A stretch of DNA of 63,816 nt, counting the filler, from Octopus bimaculoides (taxonomy: Eukaryota): the NCBI RefSeq assembly GCF_001194135.2. It is 7 parts of 6 records of this genome, joined end to end, with 100 filler letters (N's around TTAATTAATTAA, not from the genome) between each part and the next. Parts side by side here need not be neighbours in the genome. Positions count along the whole stretch, not along the records: positions 18,639 to 28,878 come from NC_068997.1; positions 28,979 to 46,936 come from NC_068997.1; 5 more parts are not named here. One strand, 5' to 3'. Positions 23,306 through 34,539 of this stretch are shown one piece after another. The stretch's first letter is position 1. Every line of letters begins with the position of its first letter. The translations under genes were made by a program, and so were the position numbers. The notes below the pieces were generated by a model. The model saw only the letters and a list, made by a program, of their open reading frames with translations. It did no database searches and was not told the DNA's origin.

Positions 23306-23384
23306 TGTGTGTGTGTTTGCACATGAGAGTGCAAGTGTATGTGTTTGTGTATTCCCCATCCTTTCCACTTTGTTCTCAAAAAAA

Positions 23385-23700
23385 GGCTTGGCTGATTTGT
23401 CAGGAACAGCTTTGGCAGTAGAGCTTTCTATGGCTGGATGTCTTTCCTAACACCAACCTCTTAACAGATTGCACAAAGTGCCATTTTACGTGGCACCAGC
23501 ACCAACAAGATCACCGAGTGACTTGCTAGACAAAGATCCCACAACGAGATGGGGTAGTATTGAGGGAGGTGACTTTTGTGCCTGGTGATGAGAGGTGAAA
23601 CTACGGCAGAGGGATAGAAACAAGTGTGATGCTGTAGAGGGCAGGTACATAGCTACTCCAGTCAGAGGAGAGAGAGATGATGATGAAGATGTGTCAGAAC
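23385..23700 (-). mobile_element. Family C-related retroelement fragment
   Basis: GCTGGATG.CTTTCC...CCAAC motif. Downstream sequence is similar to 24210-24560. Confidence 0.6.
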
Positions 23701-23857
23701 ATATCCACCCTCAAGGTACATGGAGGTGAATATATAAGAAATGGTACAGACAACTGGACAAAGTCAATGTGCAGGGGATTCGTAACAGTGTGAAAGGAAA
23801 GTGGACGATACAAACGAGGAGAATGGGAAAGTAGTGTGCGTGTGTGAGTGTACACAT

Positions 23858-23895
<38 letters not shown>

Positions 23896-23945
23896 TGGGA
23901 AGGGGTCGTTATGTATGTTATGTGTGTATATGTATATATATATAT

Positions 23946-24600
23946 ATCATCATCATCATCATCATCGTTTAACGTCCGCCTTCCAGCTGGTATGGGTGGG
24001 ACGGTTTGACAGGAGCCGGCCAGGCAGAAGCCGGCCAGGCAGAAGCCGGCCAGGCAGAAGCCGGCCAGGCAGAAGCCGGCCAGGCAGAAGCCGGCATCAG
24101 ACTTCTGTGACTGTTTTGGCAGGATTTTACAGCTGGATGCCCTTGCTAACACCAACCACTCAGTAGAGTGGACTTAGTGCTTTTTTACATGGTAAGTACA
24201 GGCAAGGTCAGTTTTGGCAAGGTTTTTACAACTGGATGCCCTTCCAAGTGCCAACCACTCTACTGTGTGGACTGGATGCTTTTCAAGTGGCACCTGCACT
24301 GACAGGGTCACCAAGTACCTTGTAAGACAAAGAAATTTTTCGAGAGAGGAGTCGGCATTGGAGGAGATGATCTTGTGTCGGATGATGAAAGGTTATAAGT
24401 GACACAGTGACAGAAACGAGTGTCTTGCTGTAGAGGAGGTACAAGGTTACCTGACCAGAGAGAGAGATCAGGAATGAAGACAGAAGCAGGTGTGCTACTG
24501 CAGAGGATATACGAGTACATAGTTACGCAATCTGAGGGAAGAGCAGGAGAAGGAGAGAGAGAGTGGGAGAGAGCCGGATAGAGATGGTGGCAAAGTGTTG
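23946..24600 (-). mobile_element. Family C retroelement tail(s) containing a 15-bp tandem array
   Basis: (CAT)n-CGTTTAACGTCCGC start. GCTGGATGCCCTT occurs twice (about 24132 and 24231). Confidence 0.75.
24016..24095 (+). repeat. Minisatellite, (CCGGCCAGGCAGAAG)x5 + partial
   Basis: Five exact 15-bp units. Confidence 0.97.
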
Positions 24601-24644
24601 GGCATACTCACAAGGGACGGGAATCAGAAATATATATATACATA

Positions 24645-24975
24645 GGCGCAGGTGTGGCTGTGTAATAAGAAGCTTGCTTACCAACTACATGGTTCCAGGT
24701 TCAGTCCCACTACGTAGCACCTTCGACAACAGTCTTCGACTATAGCCTTGGGTCGACCAAAGTCTTGTGAGTAAATTTCATAGATGGAAACTGAAAGAAG
24801 CCCGTCATATATGTATGTATTTGTATGTCTATGTTTGTCCCTCTACCCCACCCCATCGCTTAATAACCAATGCTGGTGTATTTACATCTCTGTAGGTTAG
24901 TGGTTCGGCAAAAGAGACCTAAAGAACAAGTACTAAACTTACAAGTAAAAGAATGAATAAAAGAATAAAAGAATA
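24645..24975 (+). mobile_element. SINE family A, near full length (tRNA-like head)
   Basis: GGCGCAGGTGTGGCTGTGTAATAAG A-box-like and GGTTCAGTCCC B-box-like motifs, core, tail and A-rich end. Resembles octopus OK-type SINEs from memory. Confidence 0.85.
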
Positions 24976-25618
24976 TATATATATAGCAATAATAAAATGG
25001 AGAAGAACATGAAGTACTCATCAACTTGCAGACACTATATTCCGTTGATTAATATATACACATATTATATTATATATATATATATATTGTTTTACGTTTT
25101 CCTACACATCTTCGTTATCTGCTCCCACTCTCTTTCTTTGTTTCATACCTACCTCTTCCTCTCTCCCTCCCCCACATACAGTCCTCCCTTTCCCTCTCCT
25201 CTCTCCCTCCCTTTATATCTCTTTACAGCTACCTCTTTCCCTCTCTCTTCCATATCTTCCTCTTTTTCTCATCTCTCTCCCTTCCTTTCGTGTCTTCCTC
25301 ATTTACGGTCCTCTCTCTCTCCTTTTATATCTTCATTTAGTCAATAGACAAGATATATTATTCACATAAATACAGTGTACATTTAAACACATAAGAGGTA
25401 TCCATCATAGGATTCCTTGCACGCTAGAAAGAACAGCTAAAATCCAAAACCACTATTAGGGATAAATTTCGAAGGGAATGAAAAATAAAACCATTTACCA
25501 TCTATCTCCTGGACCATAGTTTCAGACTTTCTTTTTTTAGCAAATAAAATAATTTGCATGGCGAAATCTTCGTCAGCAGGTACACCTAGATTAAACATAT
25601 AAGCACGATGCAATCCAG

Positions 25619-25968
25619 CATATGCCCCGTGCTTATACATTCTAATTTTTCAAAACTACCGCGCAAGCGCTGCTCCTTGTCGGCAGTAAATAAAAATGAT
25701 GCCGGCGTTTCATTCGAAAATTTTCCAGAAAAGAAATTATATTTATATGAATAATATATAGTCTATTGACTAAATTTTTTTACACGCTAGGCCACTGATA
25801 GTAGAAATTTCTAATATGTATTGTTACTCTGATATTATTAATTATTCATATTTTTTTTATGGAAAATTTTCGAATGAAACGCCAGCATCATTTTTATTTA
25901 CTGCCGACAAGGAGCTGGGCTTGCGCGGTAGTTTTGAAAAATTAGAATGTATAAGCACGGGGCATATG
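25619..25968. mobile_element. MITE/fold-back element with at least 109-bp inverted repeats
   Basis: 25619-25727 vs 25860-25968 is about 106/109 complementary, with a 132-bp spacer. The right arm runs into an N gap. Confidence 0.85.
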
Positions 25969-26689
25969 NNNNNNNNNNNNNNNNNNNNNNNNNNNNNNNN
26001 NNNNNNNNNNNNNNNNNNNNNNNNNNNNNNNNNNNNNNNNNNNNNNNNNNNNNNNNNNNNNNNNNNNNTACTAACTCCTAACCGCCTGACCATTTATAAT
26101 TAATGAAAGATCATTGATACACCAGTTGCCTACATCTTGGTGAGCCTGGAAAGACTATGAGTACCTAGATTTTCTTGAATTAGATTATAAAATGAACAAA
26201 TGAAGGAGCCTCAATGTAGTGCTTCACTTTCTATAAACAGTTGCCATTGTATTGTTTTACAAATGAAAGATAACGTTGGACAATATGATACTAAATTCAC
26301 AGATATGTCAGGATGATCAAATTGGAATACTTTTGGTCAGAGGTCAGTTGGATTAGGATTGTCCGGAGTTAAACAAGAGGAGCCAAAAAAAAAAAAAAGA
26401 AATCATAACAAAATGGAAAACAATTTTTTTTTATTCTAATGATTTGGTCTCAAGGGGTTTGTAGCACAGGTCCTCGTGCTCAATTGTTTTTCTTTATCTT
26501 TTTCAGTTGTTTCAGTCATGAATTCCACACATGCTGGAGAATCACCTTGAATGGTTATTGACTGTATCAACCCAATCCTTTGGGTTTTGGGGTTTTAGTT
26601 TTTTTAAATAAAATTTAACATTTATCCTACTTACCTCTATTTGTTCTAAAACCACTTTGTTATGGGACATTTTTTTTATCTTTTATCTT

Positions 26690-27022
26690 TTTGCTTGTTT
26701 CAATCATTAAACTGTGGCCATGCTGGGGCACTGCCTTGAAGACTTTTTAGCCAGATGAATTGACCACAGTACTTATTTCTTTTTCCTGTAAGCCTGGTAC
26801 CTATTCTATCAGGTACTTTTGCCAAACTGCTAAGTTACAGGGATGTAAACACACCAACACTGTTTGTCAAGTGGTGGAGGGGCAGAAACACAGACACAAA
26901 ACACACATATATATGATGGGCTTCTTTCAATTTCTTTTGACCATGTCTACTGACAAGGCTTTGGTAGGTCTTGGGCTATAGTAGAAAACACTTGCATAAG
27001 GTGTCACACAAGGAGATTAAAC
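26690..27022 (-). mobile_element. SINE family A
   Basis: Reverse-complement tail, core and partial head. Confidence 0.85.
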
Positions 27023-27051
27023 CTGGAGTTTAATCCCCCTGTGTGATTAAA

Positions 27052-27315
27052 CATGGCGCAGTGGTTAATAGCGCGGGATACTAACCCCAAGATTCCGAAT
27101 TCGATTCCAAGCAGTGACCTGAACAATAGCAATAATAATAATAATAATAATAGTAATAATGATAATAATAATAATAACATCGAAAAATACCTTAGGAATG
27201 AGAACCCTGGTTCAAAATTTCCCCGAGACACCTGAAAAAGGCTGGAGGGTATACCAGTCGAAACATGTTAACAACAAACAAGATGAAGACAAATATCCGT
27301 CGAATGTAAATAATG
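27052..27315 (+). mobile_element. SINE family D: tRNA-like head, AAT tract, hammerhead-like 3' module
   Basis: TGGCGCAGTGG A box and GAATTCGATTCC B box. CTGAAAA-A-GGCTGG-loop-CCAGTC-GAAAC at 27232-27264. Confidence 0.7.
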
Positions 27316-27609
27316 CCTGGGGTTATGTGGTCAGGAAGCAAGCTTCTTACCACACAGCCATGTGTGCACCTATAACCCAGAGCACTATTTTTCAACTGGT
27401 GTCAATGTAAAGACAGACAGATAAATATGCATGCATACATTACACATACATGCACACACACGTGCACACACACACACACACACACACACCAATGCACACT
27501 CACACACTGATGCAGACACACAAGAGAAGCAATTTTTATCAAACAACCAGCCAACTGACTGACCGACTGACCGACGACCAACCAGCCAACTGACCATTCA
27601 GCCAACCAG

Positions 27610-27745
27610 CTTTACTCACAAGCTATTGGGCATTAGGCAATCTGATTCTGTTGTGGAAGACACTAAACACAAGACGTCATGTAGTGAGATTGAACTTGAA
27701 ACCACATGGATGTGCAGTGAACTTCTTAACCACAAAGCCATATCT
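27610..27745 (-). mobile_element. SINE family A head fragment
   Basis: Reverse complement reads TATGGCTTTGTGGTTAAGAAG...CACATCCATGTGGTTTCAAGTTCAATC. Confidence 0.65.
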
Positions 27746-28099
27746 TTTTAATCAATTCACATCAATAGCTGCAGTATAGTTCATTTCATTAGATTATCAG
27801 AATTTCATAATTATAACTGAGACTAATGCTTTTATGAGTATTGGTTATTGGTTATTTTCTCAAGTCCCACAGGGTTCAATTTAATAGAGTCAATTAAAAA
27901 AAAGTACTATTAATATATTGATGTAGACTCCATTATCTGTACTTTTAGCATTAACAATTAGACTTAAACTCTTACTGCTGTAATTTTGATATGACTATGC
28001 TAAAATATGTATTTATATATACACATATTTACACAATATTTCTATTGATCTCCAGTAATGCATCCATCTATTTTTCCTGTTAACATACACATTTATGGT

Positions 28100-28450
28100 A
28101 TATCATCATCAGCATCATCATCATTTAATGTCTATTCTCCATGTTGGCATGGGTTAGATAGTTGACTGGAGCTGGTTTAAGCAGTTGTCTTTGTTGGCTT
28201 GGTTTCTATTGCTGGATGCCCTTCCTAATGCCAATCACTTTACAAAGCATACTGGGTGTCTTTTATGAGTCACCAGCATGGGTGGCTTTTACATGTCACT
28301 GGTATGAGTGGCTTTTACAATTAGCTTGATGTGTCTTCTCAAGCACAGCAAATTGCCAGAAGTCTCAGTCACTTGTCATCGTCTTTGGTTGCCGAGTCTT
28401 ACAGAGGTGGTAACAAGTGACTGAGACTTCTGGTGATTTGCTGTGCTTGA
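28100..28450 (-). mobile_element. Family C retroelement tail
   Basis: (CAT)n start and GCTGGATGCCCTTCCTAATGCCAA motif. Confidence 0.75.
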
Positions 28451-28489
28451 GAAGATACATTAAGCTAAGTGAAATAGTGATCATAACCA

Positions 28490-28878
28490 ATGTTGATGGA
28501 TTAACTGTTGGACAACAAGAGTGATTGTAGGCCTGAAAGACGCACTGCACTTGTTGCTCGTGAGCTGAACCGTTATAAAATTGATATAGCTGCACTCTCA
28601 GAGACTCATCTAGAAGATGATGGTCAGCTTGAGGAAGTAGGAGGTGGATACACCTTTTTTTGGAAGGGGAGGCAGAAGGAGGAGCGCAGAGAGGCTGGTG
28701 TTGGTTTTGCAGTCCGATCTGATATCCTTAAGAAGTTGGAAGAGCTCCCTGTTCCTATAAATGAACGTATAATGACGCTACGGTTGCACTTGAAAGGTAA
28801 GCGATTTGCTACTCTAATAAGTGCCTATGCACCTACTTTGACTAGCTGTGATGAAGATAAAACAATGTTTTATACCCA
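28490..28878 (+). mobile_element. RTE-clade LINE endonuclease N-terminus
   Basis: RTALVARELNRYKIDIAALSET...YTFFWKG...GVGFAV...NERIMTLRL...ISAYAPT. Open up to the spacer. Confidence 0.92.
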
Positions 28879-28978
28879 NNNNNNNNNNNNNNNNNNNNNN
28901 NNNNNNNNNNNNNNNNNNNNNNTTAATTAATTAANNNNNNNNNNNNNNNNNNNNNNNNNNNNNNNNNNNNNNNNNNNN
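28879..28978. other. Artificial contig-join spacer
   Basis: 44 N + TTAATTAATTAA + 44 N. Confidence 0.95.
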
Positions 28979-28995
28979 AAAAAAAAAAAAAAAAA

Positions 28996-29026
<31 letters not shown>

Positions 29027-29735
29027 GATTGAACGGCACGCATCCATTTCCAAGTAAGTTTATCTTATATATAAATATATGCATGCATACTAATCCATAT
29101 ATGCATGCATACATACTTACATACATATTTGTGGGCGAAGGGATGAAATAGATAATTACTCTTCTTTTACTATGACCCAAATTGTGTTTCTAAATCTAGT
29201 CCTTCTATTCCGCTCTCCAGGCGCATTCTTACACTGAGTAGGCAATGTAAACAAATATTATGTATTCGGTATCATTTCTGTTTCTTTTGTCTTACCTCTC
29301 ATATCTTTTTTTGCTTCTGTTTAATGGAGGATATAACTTGAAAATTTAGATCTTTTATTCTTTTCAAAGGCGTATTATTTTCATTGTATAAATTCTTTAA
29401 TAAATATTGTTTTCTTTTCATATTTCTATGTTTTTCTTTAACATATGCTTTACTTGTATAATTTCATATCTTATTTTATTTATTTATGTATTCCTTACCA
29501 CTCGATCTTTCTTTTTTATTTGCATGCTTTTGTCTCTACGCGCACATACACACACGCGCACACACACTTACTCATACACACAATCGCACAAAAGCATGAA
29601 ATTTAAATGACCTACATTCTCTAACACTGCTTTATATTAAAAACCACCCTAATGGATGCTCATATATGTGCAATATTTATCCACTTACAAACTAATTTAA
29701 TAAAGACGTAGTTCATTTGAACGAATAACTGTGTA

Positions 29736-29807
<72 letters not shown>

Positions 29808-29817
29808 CATATACATA

Positions 29818-29990
29818 TGCCATGATAGACCGCTAGCCACTAAACATCCTTTATTTACTCTCCCTGTTTCTTTCTGTGTTCCTTTCTGTGGAAGAGCGTA
29901 GGCTGGAAACGTTAAAGACTTTTTCACTTCCCAGCGTAAAATTAATACATCTATCTGTTGTCTATGCCATCTGCCTTCGTCTTTTGCGAA
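29818..29990 (+). mobile_element. Penelope-LTR-like repeat with degenerate minimal hammerhead motif, copy 1
   Basis: Homologous to 39935-40125. Contains CTTT-CTGTGGA-A-GAGC-GTAG-GCTG-GAAAC-GTT-AAAG. Confidence 0.55.
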
Positions 29991-30169
29991 TTCCCCCCCC
30001 ACACACACACACACGTATGTATATATGTGTGTATAAGTACGCATGTATGTATACATACCTACAGACACACACACGAACATGTATACATATATATATATAC
30101 ACACACACATACATATATACATACATATGAACATACATACATATACACTCCTACATAGAAACATACATA

Positions 30170-30555
30170 TGCGTGGCTGTGTGGTAAGGAGCTTGTTTCC
30201 CAACCACATGGTTCCGGGTTCAGTCTCACTGCATGGTACATCTGACAAGTATCTTCTACTATAGCCACGGGCCCACCAAAGGCCTTGTGAGTGAATTCCG
30301 TAGACGGAAGTTGGAAGAAGCCCGTCGTGTATGTATATATGTTTGTGCGTGTGTATGTGTTTGTGTATGTCTTTGTTCCCCATTACTGGTTGGTAACCGG
30401 CGTTAGTGGGTTTACGCCCCCATTTCTTAGTGGGTTTGCAAGTACTAGACTTTAAAAAATAAGTACTGGGGTCGATTTGTTCGTCTAAAACCCATCAAGC
30501 CGGTGCCCCAGCATGACCGTAGTCAAACGACTGAAACAAGTAAAAAGTAAAAGAA
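30170..30555 (+). mobile_element. SINE family A, near full length
   Basis: GTGGCTGTGTGGTAAG...GGTTCCGGGTTCAGTC head, core and GGTGCCCCAGCATG tail. Confidence 0.9.
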
Positions 30556-30978
30556 AGAAACATAAAATATATATCTATATATGTATATATACAGAGAGAG
30601 AGAGAGAGGGAGAGAGAGATAGAGAGGGGAGAGAGAGAGACAGACACACACACAAAATTGAAACATTTAATAGATCAACATATGTTTTTGACTGTTTTAT
30701 GTCTACGAAGGAATGGTGCTGAAAAGCTCCTGGATTTAAGGTTGTCGCGAAAATCCTGGTGGGGTGGGGTGGAGTGCCAACCTTCCGTGTTAGAAAATCT
30801 GAAGGACTGCTACAGTAAGTCTGTGAATCTGAGATTGGGAGATATGTTGAATAAAATCATAATTAACTGATCCTCTATTTTCTTTTATATAAAGCCAGGA
30901 AATTTTCCAGCACCCCTCCTCCCCGTATATATACTTATATACATGTGTATACACACAATCACACACATACACACATGT

Positions 30979-31034
<56 letters not shown>

Positions 31035-31685
31035 TGGGAGAGATAGAGAGAGAGAGAGAGANNNNNNNNNNNNNNNNNNNNNNNNNNNNNNNNNNNNNNN
31101 NNNNNNNNNNNNNNNNNNNNNNNNNNNNNNNNNNNNNNNNNNNNNNNNNNNNNNNNNNNNNNNNNNNNNNNNNNNNNNNNNNNNNNNNNNNNNNNNNNNN
31201 NNNNNNNNNNNNNNNNNNNNNNNNNNNNNNNNNNNNNNNNNNNNNNNNNNNNNNNNNNNNNNNNNNNNNNNNNNNNNNNNNNNNNNNNNNNNNNNNNNNN
31301 NNNNNNNNNNNNNNNNNNNNNNNNNNNNNNNNNNNNNNNNNNNNNNNNNNNNNNNNNNNNNNNNNNNNNNNNNNNNNNNNNNNNNNNNNNNNNNNNNNNN
31401 NNNNNNNNNNNNNNNNNNNNNNNNNNNNNNNNNNNNNNNNNNNNNGAGTGAGAGAGAGAGAGAGAATGTGAGTGAGTGAGAGAGAGAGAGAGAATGGGAG
31501 AGAATGTGAGTGAGTGAGAGAGAGAGAGAGAATGGGAGAGAATGTGAGTGAGAGAGAGAGTAAAGGAGAGAAAGAGATAAATAGATGCTACAGTTGTTAA
31601 CTAATACGAAGACAAGAAATTTTTGACTACGAAACAATATCTTTGTATGCAATATTTTATTGTGAATGAAACATTTTCGTAATTG

Positions 31686-32010
31686 GGATGTCAGTGAGAG
31701 CGCGTGGCTTAGTGGTTCGGAGTTTTCGGCTCACAGTCGTAAGATGGAGAGCTCGATTCCTGTCGCGTGTTGTGTCTTTGAGCAAGACACTTTATTTTAC
31801 TGTGCTCCAGTCCCCTCATCTGTGTATTACTTGTATTTGAAAGGGTCAGCCTTGTTATATTCTGAGTCACGCTGAATCTGGTTGAGAACTACAGTAAGGG
31901 TACGCATATCTGTGGAGTGCACAGCCCTTTGCACGTTAATTCCACGAGCAGGTTGTTCCGTTGATCGGATCAACTGGAACTCTCGTCGTCGTAACCGACG
32001 GAATACCAGT
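31686..32010 (+). mobile_element. SINE family E (tRNA head + TGTGTCTTTGAGCAAGACAC core), tail type 1
   Basis: GTGGCTTAGTGG A box and TCGATTCC B box. Core shared with 55470 and 59990. Confidence 0.8.
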
Positions 32011-32059
32011 CATAACTGTAGTACCAGTGTGATCCTTTTGGTATAATACAGTCATTTTG

Positions 32060-34150
32060 ACCAATCAAAATCTTCAACTCCATTGAGAACAACATATAAC
32101 TATGTGTGAATTCGTTAGTTGGGAGATGAATTCCACGTTCTGATAAACTTTGTCCTTGACTTACTTATTGACATTGCGAATGCAGGTCTGGTAGAGGGAT
32201 AAACAAAGTACCCCTAGCATCAACACCGGTCGTTTTACTTGCTTTGTTCAGATTGTTGGTAGATGTCTATTGAATGACCTGTTACAATGACTGTGTAAAT
32301 TATCAAGATTTCTCAATAACGTTAAGAGAGCTCCAATTTTCTCATGATATTGTGAGGTGGCACACCAATGATAATTATCCGCACTTAAACATGGATATTT
32401 CCATGAGAGAAACTCTCATATTGGCTTTTGGTGCCTAATGCACTCTTGTATATATCACTAGCGGGGAGCCAACTCCCCGCCACCTCTAGCGACAAGACTA
32501 CTAGATTACGTGACTTCGTAATCCTTGGTCTTTTCAATGATGGACGCTTGGCTACTGATAGTGGTTGATATAGAGCTACTTGATTCTGCAACGGAATCAA
32601 CACTTCTAAGAATAACAGTATCTCCTGGAAGTTTGTCCATAATTTCACAATTAAGTTTGTCAGTTTCTTTATTTTTCATAGTTAAAATAGCTCTTGAAGA
32701 GAGCTGTTGGACCATTCCAAAAATCATTTTGTAGGTTTTCATACACATATAGAATGAAGACTTCCTTACTATTGGTGTTAAAGTGAGGAAGAATCTTAAT
32801 AGTGTCTGGCAATAAGTTATTGAAAGTATAATGAATTCTTCCTTCAACAAGCTGCAATAACCAACCTGCAAGGTGTGTAAGCTGATCATGTAAGTAAGTG
32901 AGTAAGTAACCAAGTAAGTAAAATCCTTGGCTGGCGACCGGAGTGGGAGGCTGCACTCTCAACCAATATGCTGCCGTGGGTGTCGCTTGATGGAATAACA
33001 TCATCACCGCTCTGGTGACGATGTTATTCCACGATTTCCGATCCATGGCGTTGGCCTTAGCATGTTTAAGGCCGAGGTGCTGCGACTTCAGGTCTACCTC
33101 AAATTGTTTTGCCTATTCTTCTTTGGTGTGCGGCGCTGGATTCTCCAATGCGTGGATCACTGCTGCCACGAAAGTTGGTGTGGTGCTCATCATGCAACAA
33201 TTCAGAACTCTCATATTAGTTTTTAGATAGAAAATGTTACTAGAGTTCCAAATATAAGGTTTTTAAACAAATGCCAATGATGGTAGACCATTGTACGCTT
33301 CGTATCTTTCGAAGAATTTGACGAAAATTCCCAGCCCCACTAAAAACACTAATTCGCCATCAAATAATGAATCGTTGTTCATGACATTTCCAAGAGTTCG
33401 ATCCATGAGTTCGATTCAAAATAATGACGGCGACACATAGGTGGTTCTTCCCAAATCCCCAATAACTTACATGGAGGATACCTTGTAAGTTGAATTTGAA
33501 GTTGCACCTATTGGTAATTTAAACTGTGAGTGAGCAGTGCAGCTCAGCTTCAATATTGTTGCTGCAATGCTCTTATCAACAGCTACATTTGTTGTTCTTA
33601 AGTACATGTGACAGCAAAGCACTCAGCACAAACGTTTTACCTGTACCACCTGGAGCATCGATGAATATTAATCCACCTTCATTATAATTTGTCTTTCTTT
33701 TAATAAACTCAGATGCGATGTTTTGGGTCATGAGTTAACTCGTAGGAATGCACATTGTAAAAAAGTATTAGCCTCAGGGTCATTCACATTTTCATTAATG
33801 TTTGCGAGACTAAATTTAGCAGCAGATAAGCTGAGGGAAATGGTACTTTTATCATACTACGGCAGTTGAATGTTCGACACACATACTGCAGGTCATTCAC
33901 TTCTTAATCTGAAGATACCTCATCAGCTAAATTTTTTTGCCTTGTGATAAATGTAATCTTGAAGATCAACCCGAAACATATGCCAAAGATCAAACTGAAA
34001 CATATGTCCTACAACTGCAACAGTGTTGAAGAACAGCAAAAGTACAGCATATAGGCAAATGAGTGTCTAAGCCCTTCACCCGAATGCGAAGTCATTGCTC
34101 CCGTTCGTCACAATTTTTTCTAAAAGATTCAACAGCTGATACACAACTTC
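32060..34150 (-). mobile_element. Helitron RepHel fossil (PIF1 helicase)
   Basis: FIDAPGGTGKTF (Walker A), TAHSQFKLP, IWEEPPM, NFRQIL, LKTNMR, RAILTMKNKETDKLN, GVPPHN, LLRNLD, PAFAMSISKS-QGQSL, LYV. Frameshifted. 3' hairpin-CTAG at 32458-32480. Confidence 0.9.
32881..33197 (-). mobile_element. RTE-type LINE 3' fragment inserted in the Helitron
   Basis: DLKSQHLGLKHAKANAMDRKSWNNIV C-terminus, (TTAC)n tail, and an 11/13-matching flanking duplication. Confidence 0.7.
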
Positions 34151-34211
34151 CCGACAACAGCACGCGTTATAATGAAATAATAACCTAAGATAATATAGCT
34201 TCCTCTGCAAG

Positions 34212-34410
34212 GCGGCGAGCTGGCTGAAACGTTAGCACGCCGGGCGAAATGCTGAGCAGGATTTCGTCTGTCTTTACGCACTGAGTTCAAACTCCACCGA
34301 CATCGACTTTCTCTTTCAGGGTTGATATATTAAGTACCAATTGCGTACTTGGATCGATCTAATAGACTGGCCCTTCCCCAAAATTTCGGGCCTTGTGCCT
34401 AGAGTAGAAA
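34212..34410 (+). mobile_element. SINE family B, near full length
   Basis: GGCGGCGAGCTGGCTGAAACGTTAGC head, GAGTTCAAACTCC B box, TTAAGTACC core, GGCCTTGTGCCTAG tail. Confidence 0.8.
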
Positions 34411-34539
34411 ATAATATAGTTCATTCTGTGCAGGCAGAGGGAATTTTATACACACACACACACACATATGTATATATATATATATATACGCACACACAAG
34501 TTTATTTGTGTAAACTCTTATATTTTACTGTATTTTGTG

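Noticed and set aside
24016-24095. Short regular repeats as a possible CRISPR array
   Set aside because: Contiguous tandem units with no spacers, a eukaryotic context and no cas genes.
24645-24720. tRNA-like sequences (here and at 27052, 31686, 34212, 55470, 60235)
   Set aside because: They have A/B boxes but no complete cloverleaf, and each continues into a repeated SINE body. They are SINE heads, not tRNA genes.
27976-27999. 24-nt minus-strand micro-exon candidate (TTTTAG...GTAAGA; HSHIKITA)
   Set aside because: The splice signals are good, but it lies beyond an artificial join and has no homology support. Such sites arise by chance in AT-rich DNA.
29296-29336. 41-nt minus-strand exon candidate (LYPPLNRSKKRYE)
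   Set aside because: Isolated, with no partner exons or recognisable protein.
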